Assembly: GCA_016180525.1 (NCBI GenBank)
Contig: JACPBB010000002.1
Coordinates: 48,824 to 112,823 of the forward strand
Reading direction: 5' to 3'
Source of the DNA: Parcubacteria group bacterium
GTDB lineage: Bacteria; Patescibacteriota; Minisyncoccia; Phycocordibacterales; UBA2135
Length of the DNA: 64,000 bases
The notes under the pieces are model-generated. The model saw only the letters and a list, made by a program, of their open reading frames with translations. It ran no database searches and was not told where the DNA came from. The position numbers and the translations under genes were made by a program. Numbering within the stretch: position 1 is the stretch's first letter; every line of letters starts with the position of its first letter. Below, piece after piece: positions 1-9,765 of the stretch.

Positions 1-1
1 G

Positions 2-115
2 CCGTGGTTTTTCGTTGATAATTCGGTCATTTTTGAGGACGATGCTCAAGACTACGGAGCGGGCCCCGGATTCGGCATGAAATTCATCTGGGAATTGCTA
101 CGACAATATGTATAA
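2..115 (+). CDS. 3' end of a gene entering from outside the window (partial)
   Basis: Open frame from the window edge (PWFFVDNSVIFEDD...LLRQYV*) ends just before a hairpin terminator. Confidence 0.45.
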   Translation, partial: PWFFVDNSVIFEDDAQDYGAGPGFGMKFIWELLRQYV

Positions 116-121
116 AAACAA

Positions 122-148
122 TAAAGCGGCGCAATGCGCCGCTTTTTT
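122..148. terminator. Intrinsic, probably bidirectional terminator
   Basis: AAAGCGGCGCA-A-TGCGCCGCTTTTTT hairpin between convergent genes. Confidence 0.75.
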
Positions 149-155
149 TAATTTT

Positions 156-398
156 TTATTCCCGAAAGACAAGCGGGCGGACTAAAGTAACCCTACCCTC
201 ATCGTCGGTGCAAAATTTTACTAAAACATCAGCCTGTAGTCCTTTTTTACTAAATTGAGTGAGTTCGCGGAGACGCTCCCCGCTATAACTCTCAATCTTA
301 TCAAGCGTAAACGGATATTCTCTCCCATTTTTCCCCTCTTCAATAATAAAGACAATATTAGACTGAATCCTCGCCACCTTTCCCAAACGGAATCTCAT
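156..398 (-). CDS. Small hypothetical protein, possibly cold-shock/OB-fold-like
   Basis: GKV...VFII...G.EYPF...V.F...GRV..VR pattern loosely resembles the CSD strand order; start at MRFRLG assumed. Confidence 0.4.
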   Translation of the reverse strand: MRFRLGKVARIQSNIVFIIEEGKNGREYPFTLDKIESYSGERLRELTQFSKKGLQADVLVKFCTDDEGRVTLVRPLVFRE

Positions 399-460
399 GT
401 TTGGCTTCCCTCTCCGGTACAATCTTTAATTATCTTAACAGGAAAATAAGAAGTTGGCTA

Positions 461-1471
461 TTAATTAATTTCAATGTCTATGTGTTTCACTGAAGGAAAT
501 GCCGCCATTATTTTTTTCTCCGCTTCGTCAATTTTTCTGCCGACAAGACGCGGAACACGGTTTGTCTGATACGCAACGAATCTCTTAAACTCTTCAAAAT
601 CTTTTTTGATAACTTTAAATTCACTCTCCATATCATCCTGCTCCATAATTTCTTCAATAAGAGCAGCACCGTTGAATTCAATCTCACACTTTACGCGATA
701 CTTCCCGATATCAAGAACTTCTGATTTAAAATCAATTATTTTTTCAATGTAAGGCTCCGTAAGGAGCATCGTGGAAATTTCCTCCGCGATATCTTCGGGA
801 ATACTTTTACCCATAAGAAACTCGCGATTTTTTTTGATAAGAAAAATGGCGATAACCGCTAAAATAATTCCGACAATAACAGAGCCAACAGCATCCCAGA
901 TAAAACTTCCAGTGAGATATGAGATGAGAACAGCAGAGAGAGCAACAATAACTCCGAGCACCGCGGCCGCATCCTCATAGACGACCGCAATGGTGACAGG
1001 GTCCCCATGCTGTAGCGCTTTATAGAAAGTATCTTTTTTATGGTGCGAACGCAGTTCTTGGACAGCCTTGTATAACGTAAAAGATTCAATGAGAAGCGAG
1101 ATAGAGAGAATCGCAAAAATAGTGCCGCTGATCTCCGCTTCATGATGCTCAATAATTGTCATAATTCCGTGATAGATGGTAACTCCCGCACCCAAGAAAA
1201 AAATACCGCAGGCGGATATAAGCGCCCAAAGAAAGCGCTCACTTCCGTACCCGTATACATAGTCCTCGTCTGCCGCGCGAGTTGAACGGCGAAGCCCTAT
1301 AAGAAGAAGCCCTTGGTTCATGGTGTCTGCCAAGCTATGCACCGCCTCACTAAAAAGAGAGCTTGAGCCGGAGAGAAAATACCCAATAAACTTAAGAATG
1401 GCGATGCAAAAATTGCCGCTCAAGGCAAAAATGACCGATGTTGTACCCGGAGTTGTGCCGCGAGATTTCAT
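461..1471 (-). CDS. Cation diffusion facilitator (CDF) family transporter
   Basis: SEAVHSLAD, YGYGSERF and VYEDAAA motifs, about 6 TM helices, soluble C-terminal domain. Confidence 0.9.
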   Translation of the reverse strand: MKSRGTTPGTTSVIFALSGNFCIAILKFIGYFLSGSSSLFSEAVHSLADTMNQGLLLIGLRRSTRAADEDYVYGYGSERFLWALISACGIFFLGAGVTIYHGIMTIIEHHEAEISGTIFAILSISLLIESFTLYKAVQELRSHHKKDTFYKALQHGDPVTIAVVYEDAAAVLGVIVALSAVLISYLTGSFIWDAVGSVIVGIILAVIAIFLIKKNREFLMGKSIPEDIAEEISTMLLTEPYIEKIIDFKSEVLDIGKYRVKCEIEFNGAALIEEIMEQDDMESEFKVIKKDFEEFKRFVAYQTNRVPRLVGRKIDEAEKKIMAAFPSVKHIDIEIN

Positions 1472-1562
1472 AGATATGCATAAGTATAGCACTCTCGGAG
1501 ACGCCGCATCAGACAATTTTTATGATGAGTTCAGTGAATAATCTTTAATATTATCGCAGAAT

Positions 1563-1678
1563 TCCATGGGCGTAAGCCCGTGGAGAAGTTAAGCAATGCG
1601 AGCGGGGCGAAGCATTGCGACCCAAAACCCTCCATTCTAGAAATAAATCTCCGCGCCTGTAAGGGCGTAGAGATTTAT
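1563..1678. repeat. Intergenic multi-hairpin (REP/MITE-like) element
   Basis: Hairpins CCATGGGC-GTAA-GCCCGTGG, GCAATGC...GCATTGC and ATAAATCTC...AGAGATTTAT. Confidence 0.5.
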
Positions 1679-1875
1679 AATAAGGACGTATTGATTTATC
1701 TAACGCCAACAAAAAATTTTTTCATTATTTAAAAAGAAATATATTTGGGGCGCCCCACCTACGCCAAGGCTTTGACGGGCAAGCGTCGTAGAGGATGCTT
1801 GCCCATCCGTAGCTTTAGCGAAGGAGGGTTAGAACTGTAATACACCAAACGAGTAAGAATTTTTATATTCCTCTC

Positions 1876-2658
1876 TTATCTATTTGAAATAACAATTAAA
1901 TAATCTTTGAAGTCCAAATAATTGCTCCTTTGGTATTTTTTGATTTTATTAAGAAACGTTTTCGCTTCTGAGTCTTTGGGGAATGAATCTGTGTTATGAA
2001 TGAAACGGTAGAAAATTTTCAGGTCAAAGGTTTTTGTTGTGTTTAAGATATCTCCAACAAACATTCTCATTTTGAGCTTTTTAGCTTTAACTTTAAGATT
2101 TAATTTTTTATAGAAACTCATTATATACTCTGCATAATTAAATGTTGGATATATTTGATGAAGCATTATCTGATAGTGAGCACTTTTTTCTGGAAGGGTT
2201 AAAATAAGAAGTTTGCCTTTTGGTTTCAAAAAAGTGACCAATTTTTTAAGTTGTCGGTCGTAATCCTTTTGATTAAGCGCCCAGTAATAGTTTGTATGTG
2301 ACGTAAAAATTGTGTCATATTTCTTTTGGGGATTAAACGACGCGAGAGAGCGCGGAAATAGTTCTCCAACATTATTTTCGGGCTCAAGAAATGCTTCCGC
2401 TGAAGCAAGGGCATTTTCATTCGGTTCCAGCAAGTCACAGGTGTAATTCCCTTTTATCCTGTCAAGAACTTGTTTTGTGGTATGCCCTTCGCCGCACCCC
2501 ACGTCAAGGATTTGTTTCCTTCCCTTAACCTTAACAGAATCAACCTCTTTAACTATTTCAGCAATAATATTAATCCAGTCCTCATTGAGAGCACGGATAT
2601 ACATGTTTTCATATACATCAGAGAATTCCTTCTCTCCCCAAAAATGCCATTTTGCCAT
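1876..2658 (-). CDS. Class I SAM-dependent methyltransferase
   Basis: ILDVGCGEG motif I, LLEPN, YDTIF, LKPKGKL; start moved to MAKWHF because the longer ORF overlaps tRNA-His. Confidence 0.85.
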   Translation of the reverse strand: MAKWHFWGEKEFSDVYENMYIRALNEDWINIIAEIVKEVDSVKVKGRKQILDVGCGEGHTTKQVLDRIKGNYTCDLLEPNENALASAEAFLEPENNVGELFPRSLASFNPQKKYDTIFTSHTNYYWALNQKDYDRQLKKLVTFLKPKGKLLILTLPEKSAHYQIMLHQIYPTFNYAEYIMSFYKKLNLKVKAKKLKMRMFVGDILNTTKTFDLKIFYRFIHNTDSFPKDSEAKTFLNKIKKYQRSNYLDFKDYLIVISNR

Positions 2659-2733
2659 GAATTTTATTATATCAGTTCCAGCGACCCGATGAGGTAGTTT
2701 TTTAGACCCTACAAAATAAAACTCTTTTAGATG

Positions 2734-2806
2734 GGTGCTCACTGAGAATTGAACTCAGATTAAAGGCTCCACAGGCCTCTGTGTTAACCGTTACACCATG
2801 AGCACC
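2734..2806 (-). tRNA. tRNA-His(GTG)
   Basis: Cloverleaf with G-1, acceptor GTGCTCA/TGAGCAC, anticodon arm GAGGC-CTGTGGA-GCCTT, T-loop TTCAATT. Confidence 0.93.
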
Positions 2807-3134
2807 ATAAAACTTTTGCTCTGCAAAAGTAAATTTCTAAAAACTAAACACTAACCGCTGAATCCTATTTATAATGCGGATTTTTCTCTCTAATTCCTCT
2901 CTTGAAGTTAACAAATCACGCGAGCGCAAACAAGAGCGATGAATCCCGTTCCAAATCGCAGGCGCGTCCCCAAAAATCTCACGCTTTCCGCTTTTTCGTG
3001 TCAAAAAATTTGGTAGTGCCTCAACCCCCTTTCCTGTATATAACATGCAGAAGGATTATAATACGCGAACTTGCTGTTGTAAAGATATGTTTTCTAAGAT
3101 TAATTGATTATTATGTACTAAGGCGTTTAGAAGC

Positions 3135-5183
3135 ATGGAGTTTGAAATGACCCCGATCGATGTTGATAAGCTCATTAAAAATGATATTGAAAGAAAGAAA
3201 AAGCGTCACAGCAAGCATCAGCATATCACATTTAAAGAGTACCTTGAATTAGTGAAGCAGAACCCGCGTATTGCCCAAAACGCATTCGCACGAGTGCATC
3301 AAATGATAATGCATGCCGGCATTGAAGAAATTCCGGAACATGAACGTTGGCTCGGTGTTGATCGGCGCCTTCTATTCTTTGCCCAAAAACTATTTGGCAT
3401 TGATTCTTGCGTTGTACAACTCACCGACCACATGGAAGCAGGCGCAAACCGTGCCTCAACGGGCAAACAAATCCCCCTTTTGGTTGGTCCGCCGGCGAGC
3501 GGAAAATCAAGCATTGTAAAAATGCTCAAACAAGGTTTGGAGCACTATGATCTCTTGCCCATTTTTGCAATCTCTGGATGTCCGAAGCACGAAGAGCCCC
3601 TACATCTACTTCCGAGAAATACGCGGGAAGAGATTGAAAAAGACCTTGGAGTACGTATTACTGGAGACCTGTGCCATGTATGTCGGCACCGCTTAAAAAC
3701 TGAATTTAAATCTGATGACGGCACTATTCGTTGGTGGGAATTCCCCGTTGAGACATTTACATTTTCTATTCAAGGAGCTCGCGGTATTACTTCATTTGAA
3801 CCTTCCAATGAAAAGGCGTCCGATATAACGGCTTTGACCGGAAGAGAAAATGTCGGTGTTACTTCAAATCCAAATCGTGGATACAAAGACCCTCACGCAT
3901 TTGAACTCTCTGGAGAAATTCCAAAGGCAGAGCGTGGAATTTGCGAAGGAAGAGAGCTTACTTCAAGCGACCCGGAAGTGCTTAATGTGTTCTTCAGCGT
4001 TGCCGAGGAACAAGAGTTGAAAATTACCGGTTCTAACTTCCCTCACCTGTCAGTGGATGCTGTCATTATCGGGCATACGAATCTAACGCCATATAAAAAC
4101 TTTGCGGGGGACAAGAAACACGAGGGACTGCATCAACGATTTTATGTGATTCCGTGTCCATATCCGCTTCGTATTCAGGACGAAGTCCGTGTATATAGAA
4201 AGCTCATTGAACAAGAAAGTGATTTTGTCCGTCTGAAGAAATGCCACATTGCCCCCGGCTCGCTTGAGCTCGCGGCAACGTTTGCTGTCATTACACGATA
4301 TGTAGAGTCTGACAAAGTCGGACCAATCACAAAGGCAAAAATCTACAATAACGAAAAGGCGCTTACAGAACTCGAAAACGCAGAAAGCAGGCCTCGTGAT
4401 ATTCAAGAATTGCTTGATGAAGGCCAGGGACATGCGGATATCGCAAAACGCGAAGGAATGTTCGGCGCAAGTGCGAGAGACGTGCTCGCGGCGCTCAACA
4501 ACGCACTCGTGCGCGAATCGACGCGCGGCAAGTGCTTAACCCCGCTTACCGCAATTCGTGCTATGCGCGATATATTCCAAGGTGAACACCGCATGGGATA
4601 CACTCCTGAGCAAATACAGAAATTCTTGGAGCTACTCTCTGCCGCAGAGGGAGAGAGTGTCATGACAGAGTACAAAGAGTTTGTCGTGACGGTCGTGAAC
4701 AAAGCGTATCTTAGGGCATACGGATCTCTTGCGGAAGAATTGTTTAGAAAGTACATTGCGGAAGTTGATCATTATCGCGACACAAAAAGAAAATATGTTC
4801 GCGGAAAACAAGTTGAGATTAAACGAGATATCGTAACGAACAAACCCAAGGAGCCTGATATCAAATTTCTCCGCTCTATTGAACAGCACATTCCGCTCAC
4901 GGAAGCAGAAGCAGAAGTGTTTCGCGGAGAAGTTCTTGAGTGTAAGGCAAGCATGAAGGACTTTTCTTACTCAACATATCCCCCCCTTGCGCGCGCGGTT
5001 GAGAAAAAGCTTCTCGCAGACAGTAAGTCCAGCCTGACGCTTGTGCTCGCGAGCGACAAACCGAAGGGAACCGAGGAAAAGAAACGAGTTGAAAACCTGT
5101 TCGCCTCTCTCGGCGAAAGTGGATTCTGTGAAGTGTGCGCTAAAGAAGTTGTTGAAAAAGCACAAGAGTTTTTGAGAGAATAA
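3135..5183 (+). CDS. yeaG: PrkA/YeaG family serine protein kinase (AAA+)
   Basis: Walker A GPPASGKS, CPKHEEPL motif, PYPLR..DEV.VY.K, first gene of the YeaG-YeaH-SpoVR triad. Confidence 0.92.
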   Translation: MEFEMTPIDVDKLIKNDIERKKKRHSKHQHITFKEYLELVKQNPRIAQNAFARVHQMIMHAGIEEIPEHERWLGVDRRLLFFAQKLFGIDSCVVQLTDHMEAGANRASTGKQIPLLVGPPASGKSSIVKMLKQGLEHYDLLPIFAISGCPKHEEPLHLLPRNTREEIEKDLGVRITGDLCHVCRHRLKTEFKSDDGTIRWWEFPVETFTFSIQGARGITSFEPSNEKASDITALTGRENVGVTSNPNRGYKDPHAFELSGEIPKAERGICEGRELTSSDPEVLNVFFSVAEEQELKITGSNFPHLSVDAVIIGHTNLTPYKNFAGDKKHEGLHQRFYVIPCPYPLRIQDEVRVYRKLIEQESDFVRLKKCHIAPGSLELAATFAVITRYVESDKVGPITKAKIYNNEKALTELENAESRPRDIQELLDEGQGHADIAKREGMFGASARDVLAALNNALVRESTRGKCLTPLTAIRAMRDIFQGEHRMGYTPEQIQKFLELLSAAEGESVMTEYKEFVVTVVNKAYLRAYGSLAEELFRKYIAEVDHYRDTKRKYVRGKQVEIKRDIVTNKPKEPDIKFLRSIEQHIPLTEAEAEVFRGEVLECKASMKDFSYSTYPPLARAVEKKLLADSKSSLTLVLASDKPKGTEEKKRVENLFASLGESGFCEVCAKEVVEKAQEFLRE

Positions 5184-5267
5184 CATACCCCAAAGCCCCC
5201 TCTTTTATGAGGTGGGCTTTTTTGCTACACTCTAACATAGAGTATCCTTGAAAGACGGAGAATATAG

Positions 5268-6597
5268 ATGCCAATTATTGTCTCAGAACATATTCAAGAA
5301 CGCGGCAAGGGAGATGCGCGACGACATCGCGACAAGCAGCGAGAGGCTATAAAGAAAAATCTTCCTGAAATACTTTCGGAAGAATCAATTATCACTGGAA
5401 GGCCGGGGAAAATTATAAAAGTCCCCATTAAGAGTCTTGATATACCGCATTTTAAACACGGGCGAGGCAAAGACGAAAATGACGCCGGAGTTGGTCAAGG
5501 TAAGGGAAAGCCAGGGGATGTTATTGGTCGTCGGCCAGGAAAAGGAACAAAACCTGGAGGACCGGGAACTGAACCAGGGGTAGACTATCTTGAGGCAGAA
5601 TTTACCATTGAAGAATTGACGGAATTATTCCTTGAAGATATGGGTCTCCCCCGACTTGAGAAAAAAAATGTCCGTGAAATTGAAGTAGAGCTTGGATTTA
5701 AAGTAAGAGGAACCCAGCGCACAGGGCCGCATGTCCTTTTAAATCGCAAAAAAAACAGCGCAAGAGGGAATGAAGCGGTTTTGGAGCTTTCTCCAAGCAC
5801 TTAAACAAGAAACGGGAAAATCTGAACTGCACTGTTACGAAGCATTGAAGCGCACAGACGGCCGTTTTGCCGACGCGCTTGAATTGCTCAACGCAGGAAA
5901 AATTGTGCTGACAGACGAAAGTCACGTTTCTGTTGATCCATTCCCGATTCTTCACCATGAAGATTATCGATATCACAAAATAGAAGAAGATGTTACAAAA
6001 GAATCTCAGGCTGTGGTCATTGCGATTATGGACGTTTCCGCGTCAATGACTCCTCTCAAAAAATATTTCGCTCGCACAATGATCTTCTGGCTTGTAAATT
6101 TCCTACGGCAAATATATAAACGAGTTGACATCCGTTTTATCGCCCATGATACCGAGGCACGAATCGTCGATGAAGAAAATTTCTTCAGAGTTGGAGAAAG
6201 CGGCGGAACACACTGTTACGCCGGATATGAACTCGCAAACTCACTCATAGAGACTGATTATCCGATAAGCCAATGGAATGTGTATGTATGGCACTTCTCT
6301 GACGGAGAAGATGGAAACACAGCACGTTCTATGGAAGAGGCACGGAGGCTTTTTGAGCGAAAGATTAATATGTTCGGCTATGGGGAAATATGTCCTGAAA
6401 AAGAATATTGGCCACCTGAACTTCTAAAACAATTTATTAAGACCTTTGATCTCAAAGAAGTTAAAGAAGAAAAAGATTTCACGGTTCATGTAAGTTTTGA
6501 CGAAAAATATCCGTTCTTGGGTGTCGCGATGCAGGAAAAAAAACATATCTGGCAAGCCCTTAAGGCGTTTCTCAAGCGAGATAGGTGGTCGTCATGA
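5268..6597 (+). pseudogene. yeaH: YeaH/YhbH (DUF444, vWA-like) protein split by a +1 frameshift at an A8 run
   Basis: ORF 5268-5804 holds the N-half (RHR.K..EAIKK, GVGQG.GKPGDVIG) and ORF 5770-6597 the C-half (MDVSASM, FIAHDTEA, SGGT, FSDGED); deleting one A at 5748-5755 fuses them. Confidence 0.85.
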
Positions 6598-8105
6598 AAA
6601 AGCACGAACTAAAGCGTCTTATACAAATTGAGAAAGAAATAAAAAAGATCGCGGTTGAAGAGTGCGGCCTCTTAACGACCGATATCGTATTTGAGGTTGT
6701 CCCCGCAAGAAAAATGATTGAGGCAATGGCGTATCAGTTTCCGGTCAACTTTTCACACTGGTCCTTTGGACGCGATTATGACAGGCATCGCACCATTTAC
6801 GAACACACCGGAGTTGGAATACCATATGAACAAGTGTGGAACTTTGAAATTCCTAAGGCACTTCTCGTTGATACCAATCCACTTCCGTTAAATGTGTTGG
6901 TAATAGCCCATGTATACGGACACGTTGATTACTTTTTAGGAAATCGCTACTTACAACACGGTCGTTCTTTTTCCGATATCGCCGAAGAAGCACGGTATGC
7001 GGCGACACGGTTTAAAGAATATGAAGTCCGATTTGGAATAGAGTGGGTTGAAAAAGTAATTGAGGCAGGTATGGCGCTACAATGGCACCAGCCGCTTGAT
7101 CCCTTCCTGGAAGAGCCGCGTGAAGAAGATGCTCGTGCATATCTCATGAAATTGGAAAAAGAGAAAATGCGGTACGTTCAGACACACGCGGTCTCGTCAA
7201 ATAAAAAGAAGACTGAACAAGAGTTACGGAGACTGGAAGCACAGCTTAAAATACTCGCGCACAAAACTCCACCTGAACCAGTATATGATATACTCCAATA
7301 CATTATTAAACACGCCCCACGCCTTAAGGAAGAGGAGCGTGATATTTTAACGGTTATCAGAAATCAAGCGCGAGCACTGGCTCCAAATCGCAGAACGAAA
7401 CTGCTCGATGAAGGATGGGCGACATACTGGCACACCCGTATCATGCGCCGACTATTTGAAAAAGGACTTTTGAGTGCTGAAGAACATGGAGTCTTCCTTG
7501 ACTATCACGCAAAAGTAACTCAAGCGAGTAAGCGACAATTCAATGTATACAATATCGGTCCCGCACTCTTTGAGTACATAAAAGAGCGTTGGGACAGAGG
7601 GCAGTTCGGAAAAGAGTATGAGGAATGTAGGAACCCTTTTGAACGAAATCGATGGGACACAAAAGTAAACAGGGGAACAGAAAAAATATTTGAAGTTCGT
7701 TCTTCATATACTGACCGCATGGCAGCAGAAGAGTTTTTTACTCCAGATTTTATACGAGCATGTGAGTTATATATTTATGAAGATCGTCAAGATGGCTTAG
7801 GAAACATTGTGTCTGTCGTTGTGGAAAAGAGACCCGCAGAAGTTCAAAAAATCTTCAAAAGAATATATGCTCTCTACGGCACGCCTCAAATATGTGTCAT
7901 TGACGGCAATTATAAAGACAAAGGATTTTTGTATCTTGCCCACAAACCCTTCGGGGATGGGGAGCTTGATCAAACATACCGAAAAGGAGCTCTTGAATAT
8001 GTTTATGCATGTTGGAAACGCCCGGTTTTTCTGGAGACACAAATCGGCAAAGATGTTGTTGTATGTTCTTTTGATGGAACAAAACACAAGATTGTACCTA
8101 AATAA
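6594..8105 (+). CDS. spoVR: SpoVR/YcgB family protein
   Basis: HWSFG, YEQV.N, LVIAHVYGH.DYF, TKLLDEGWATYWH; ATGA overlap with the yeaH stop. Confidence 0.92.
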   Translation: MKKHELKRLIQIEKEIKKIAVEECGLLTTDIVFEVVPARKMIEAMAYQFPVNFSHWSFGRDYDRHRTIYEHTGVGIPYEQVWNFEIPKALLVDTNPLPLNVLVIAHVYGHVDYFLGNRYLQHGRSFSDIAEEARYAATRFKEYEVRFGIEWVEKVIEAGMALQWHQPLDPFLEEPREEDARAYLMKLEKEKMRYVQTHAVSSNKKKTEQELRRLEAQLKILAHKTPPEPVYDILQYIIKHAPRLKEEERDILTVIRNQARALAPNRRTKLLDEGWATYWHTRIMRRLFEKGLLSAEEHGVFLDYHAKVTQASKRQFNVYNIGPALFEYIKERWDRGQFGKEYEECRNPFERNRWDTKVNRGTEKIFEVRSSYTDRMAAEEFFTPDFIRACELYIYEDRQDGLGNIVSVVVEKRPAEVQKIFKRIYALYGTPQICVIDGNYKDKGFLYLAHKPFGDGELDQTYRKGALEYVYACWKRPVFLETQIGKDVVVCSFDGTKHKIVPK

Positions 8106-8111
8106 ATACGC

Positions 8112-8145
8112 AAAACCGCTCTGGTATACATCAGAGCGGTTTTTT
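8112..8145 (+). terminator. Intrinsic terminator after spoVR
   Basis: AAAACCGCTCTG...CAGAGCGGTTTTTT. Confidence 0.75.
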
Positions 8146-8146
8146 C

Positions 8147-8347
8147 TTTTGGTGCGCAGGAGAGGAATTTCACTACTCGTCGCTCCGCCAGTTGGCGGAG
8201 CTCCTGCGCTTTCAAACCACTCGGTTTGAAGAATCCTCCACGGGAAAACTACAGTTTTCCCGGCCCCTTTCGTGTTCAAATCCTCACCGTGCTCAAAAAC
8301 ATCACAACAAAAAAACCGTACTGTTTGTGAGTACGGTTTTTTTGTTT
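8147..8347 (-). mobile_element. tRNA-Leu-anchored small structured element bounded by a 20 bp duplicate of the tRNA 3' end
   Basis: TTTTGGTGCGCAGGAGAGGA at 8147-8166 and 8345-8364; internal core homologous to 33971-34129. Confidence 0.65.
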
Positions 8348-8434
8348 TGGTGCGCAGGAGAGGATTTGAACCTCCACGACCTTGCGGCCACTAGCCCCTC
8401 AAGCTAGTGCGTCTACCAGTTTCGCCACCTGCGC
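8348..8434 (-). tRNA. tRNA-Leu(GAG)
   Basis: GCGCAGG...CCTGCGC-A-CCA, anticodon arm CTAGC-TTGAGGG-GCTAG, long variable arm. Confidence 0.95.
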
Positions 8435-8513
8435 AAAAATCAGTATTTAGTATAGAGTATTTAGTATGAAGTTTCAAGAAAACTAAAAACCTTTCGATGC
8501 TGTCGAAAGGTTT

Positions 8514-9005
8514 TTAGTTTTCTTTTTCTGATTTTGCCTCTGCCGCAAGGACAACGGGTCCTTTGCTTGTACTCTCTGCTTCGACCGCTTCACTATTCTC
8601 GGCCGCAAGTACTGTGGGCAACTCTTTCTTCTCTTCTTTCGGCTCAACGGGAACAAAGTCAGCGAGTCCTTTCATTTTTCTCCTGATTTCCCGAGCTGTT
8701 TTTTCGCGAATGTAATAGAGCTTGCTCCGACGAACTTTAGAGCGACGAATGACTTCAATTTTATCTATAACCGGTGAGTAGAGCGGAAAAATTTTCTCAA
8801 CCCCAACTCCGGAGGCAATTTTCCTTACAGTAAAAGTAGCTCCTGGCTCTCTGCCATGCTTACGAGCAATGACGAGCCCCTCAAACGCCTGAAGGCGTAT
8901 TTTGCCTTTTTCATCCTTTATTTTCTGCCACACGCGTACAGTGTCCCCCGCCCGTATGAGAAGCGCGCGTCGTTCGTTTATATTAACCGGTGAAAGTGTA
9001 ATCAT
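8514..9005 (-). CDS. rplS: 50S ribosomal protein L19 with acidic C-terminal extension
   Basis: [44 protein letters not shown]. Confidence 0.97.
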   Translation of the reverse strand: MITLSPVNINERRALLIRAGDTVRVWQKIKDEKGKIRLQAFEGLVIARKHGREPGATFTVRKIASGVGVEKIFPLYSPVIDKIEVIRRSKVRRSKLYYIREKTAREIRRKMKGLADFVPVEPKEEKKELPTVLAAENSEAVEAESTSKGPVVLAAEAKSEKEN

Positions 9006-9030
9006 AAAATATGAAAGTTACTGTATCATA

Positions 9031-9753
9031 TTATAATTTTATATTCAATGTCGTGAGCGCCGCTTTGAAATCAGGAGGTATCGGTGCCTCAAGACGAAGC
9101 GCTGCCCCGCTCGGAGTTTTGATTTCAATGCTATATGCGTGAAGCGCGAGCCGACCCATCTCTTTCGGACATGAGCGTTTGGGAGCATAGAGCGTGTCAC
9201 AGAGTATCGGGTGACCAATTGATTTAAGGTGTACTCTTATTTGGTGGGTTCTGCCCGTCTGCGGCAGAACCGAAAGATACGAGAAGGCGGAAGTTTCTGA
9301 AATAACCGAATATCCAGTCTGTGCGGGACGCTTCAGTCCGCGAGCACTCGGCTCTGCCGAACGAGCCCTAAAATCTTTTGAGCTTCTGCCGATTGGTTTA
9401 TCAATAACGCCTCTTTTTACTTTGAGCAAACCGTAGACAATGGCGCGGTACTCTTTTTTAACGCTTCGTTCTTGAAATTGTTTTTTAAAAAATAAAAAAG
9501 CGTTTTGATTTTTTGCGAACAGCACAAGCCCCGAAGTTTCTTTATCAAGCCTATGCACAATGCCCGCCCTATGTATTATTTCCCCCGATGAGAGTTTGAG
9601 CGGCTCTCCGATTGTTTCCAATTTAGGATATTTTTTTACAACAAAATCAACAAGCGTTTGAGCTTGAGTTTTCCCATCTGAATGAACAGTAAGACCTGCG
9701 GGTTTATTCACGGCCACAATATCATCATCTTCAAAAACAATGCTTGGTTCCAT
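9031..9753 (-). CDS. RluA/RluD family pseudouridine synthase
   Basis: VNKPAGL.VH, HRLDKETSG, TGRTHQIRVH, LALHA. Confidence 0.95.
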   Translation of the reverse strand: MEPSIVFEDDDIVAVNKPAGLTVHSDGKTQAQTLVDFVVKKYPKLETIGEPLKLSSGEIIHRAGIVHRLDKETSGLVLFAKNQNAFLFFKKQFQERSVKKEYRAIVYGLLKVKRGVIDKPIGRSSKDFRARSAEPSARGLKRPAQTGYSVISETSAFSYLSVLPQTGRTHQIRVHLKSIGHPILCDTLYAPKRSCPKEMGRLALHAYSIEIKTPSGAALRLEAPIPPDFKAALTTLNIKL

Positions 9754-9765
9754 GTGCTATATAAA

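Noticed and set aside
8147-8347. Group I/II intron or prophage at tRNA-Leu
   Set aside because: Only ~200 bp, no recognisable catalytic core or ORF, and the tRNA is already complete without splicing.
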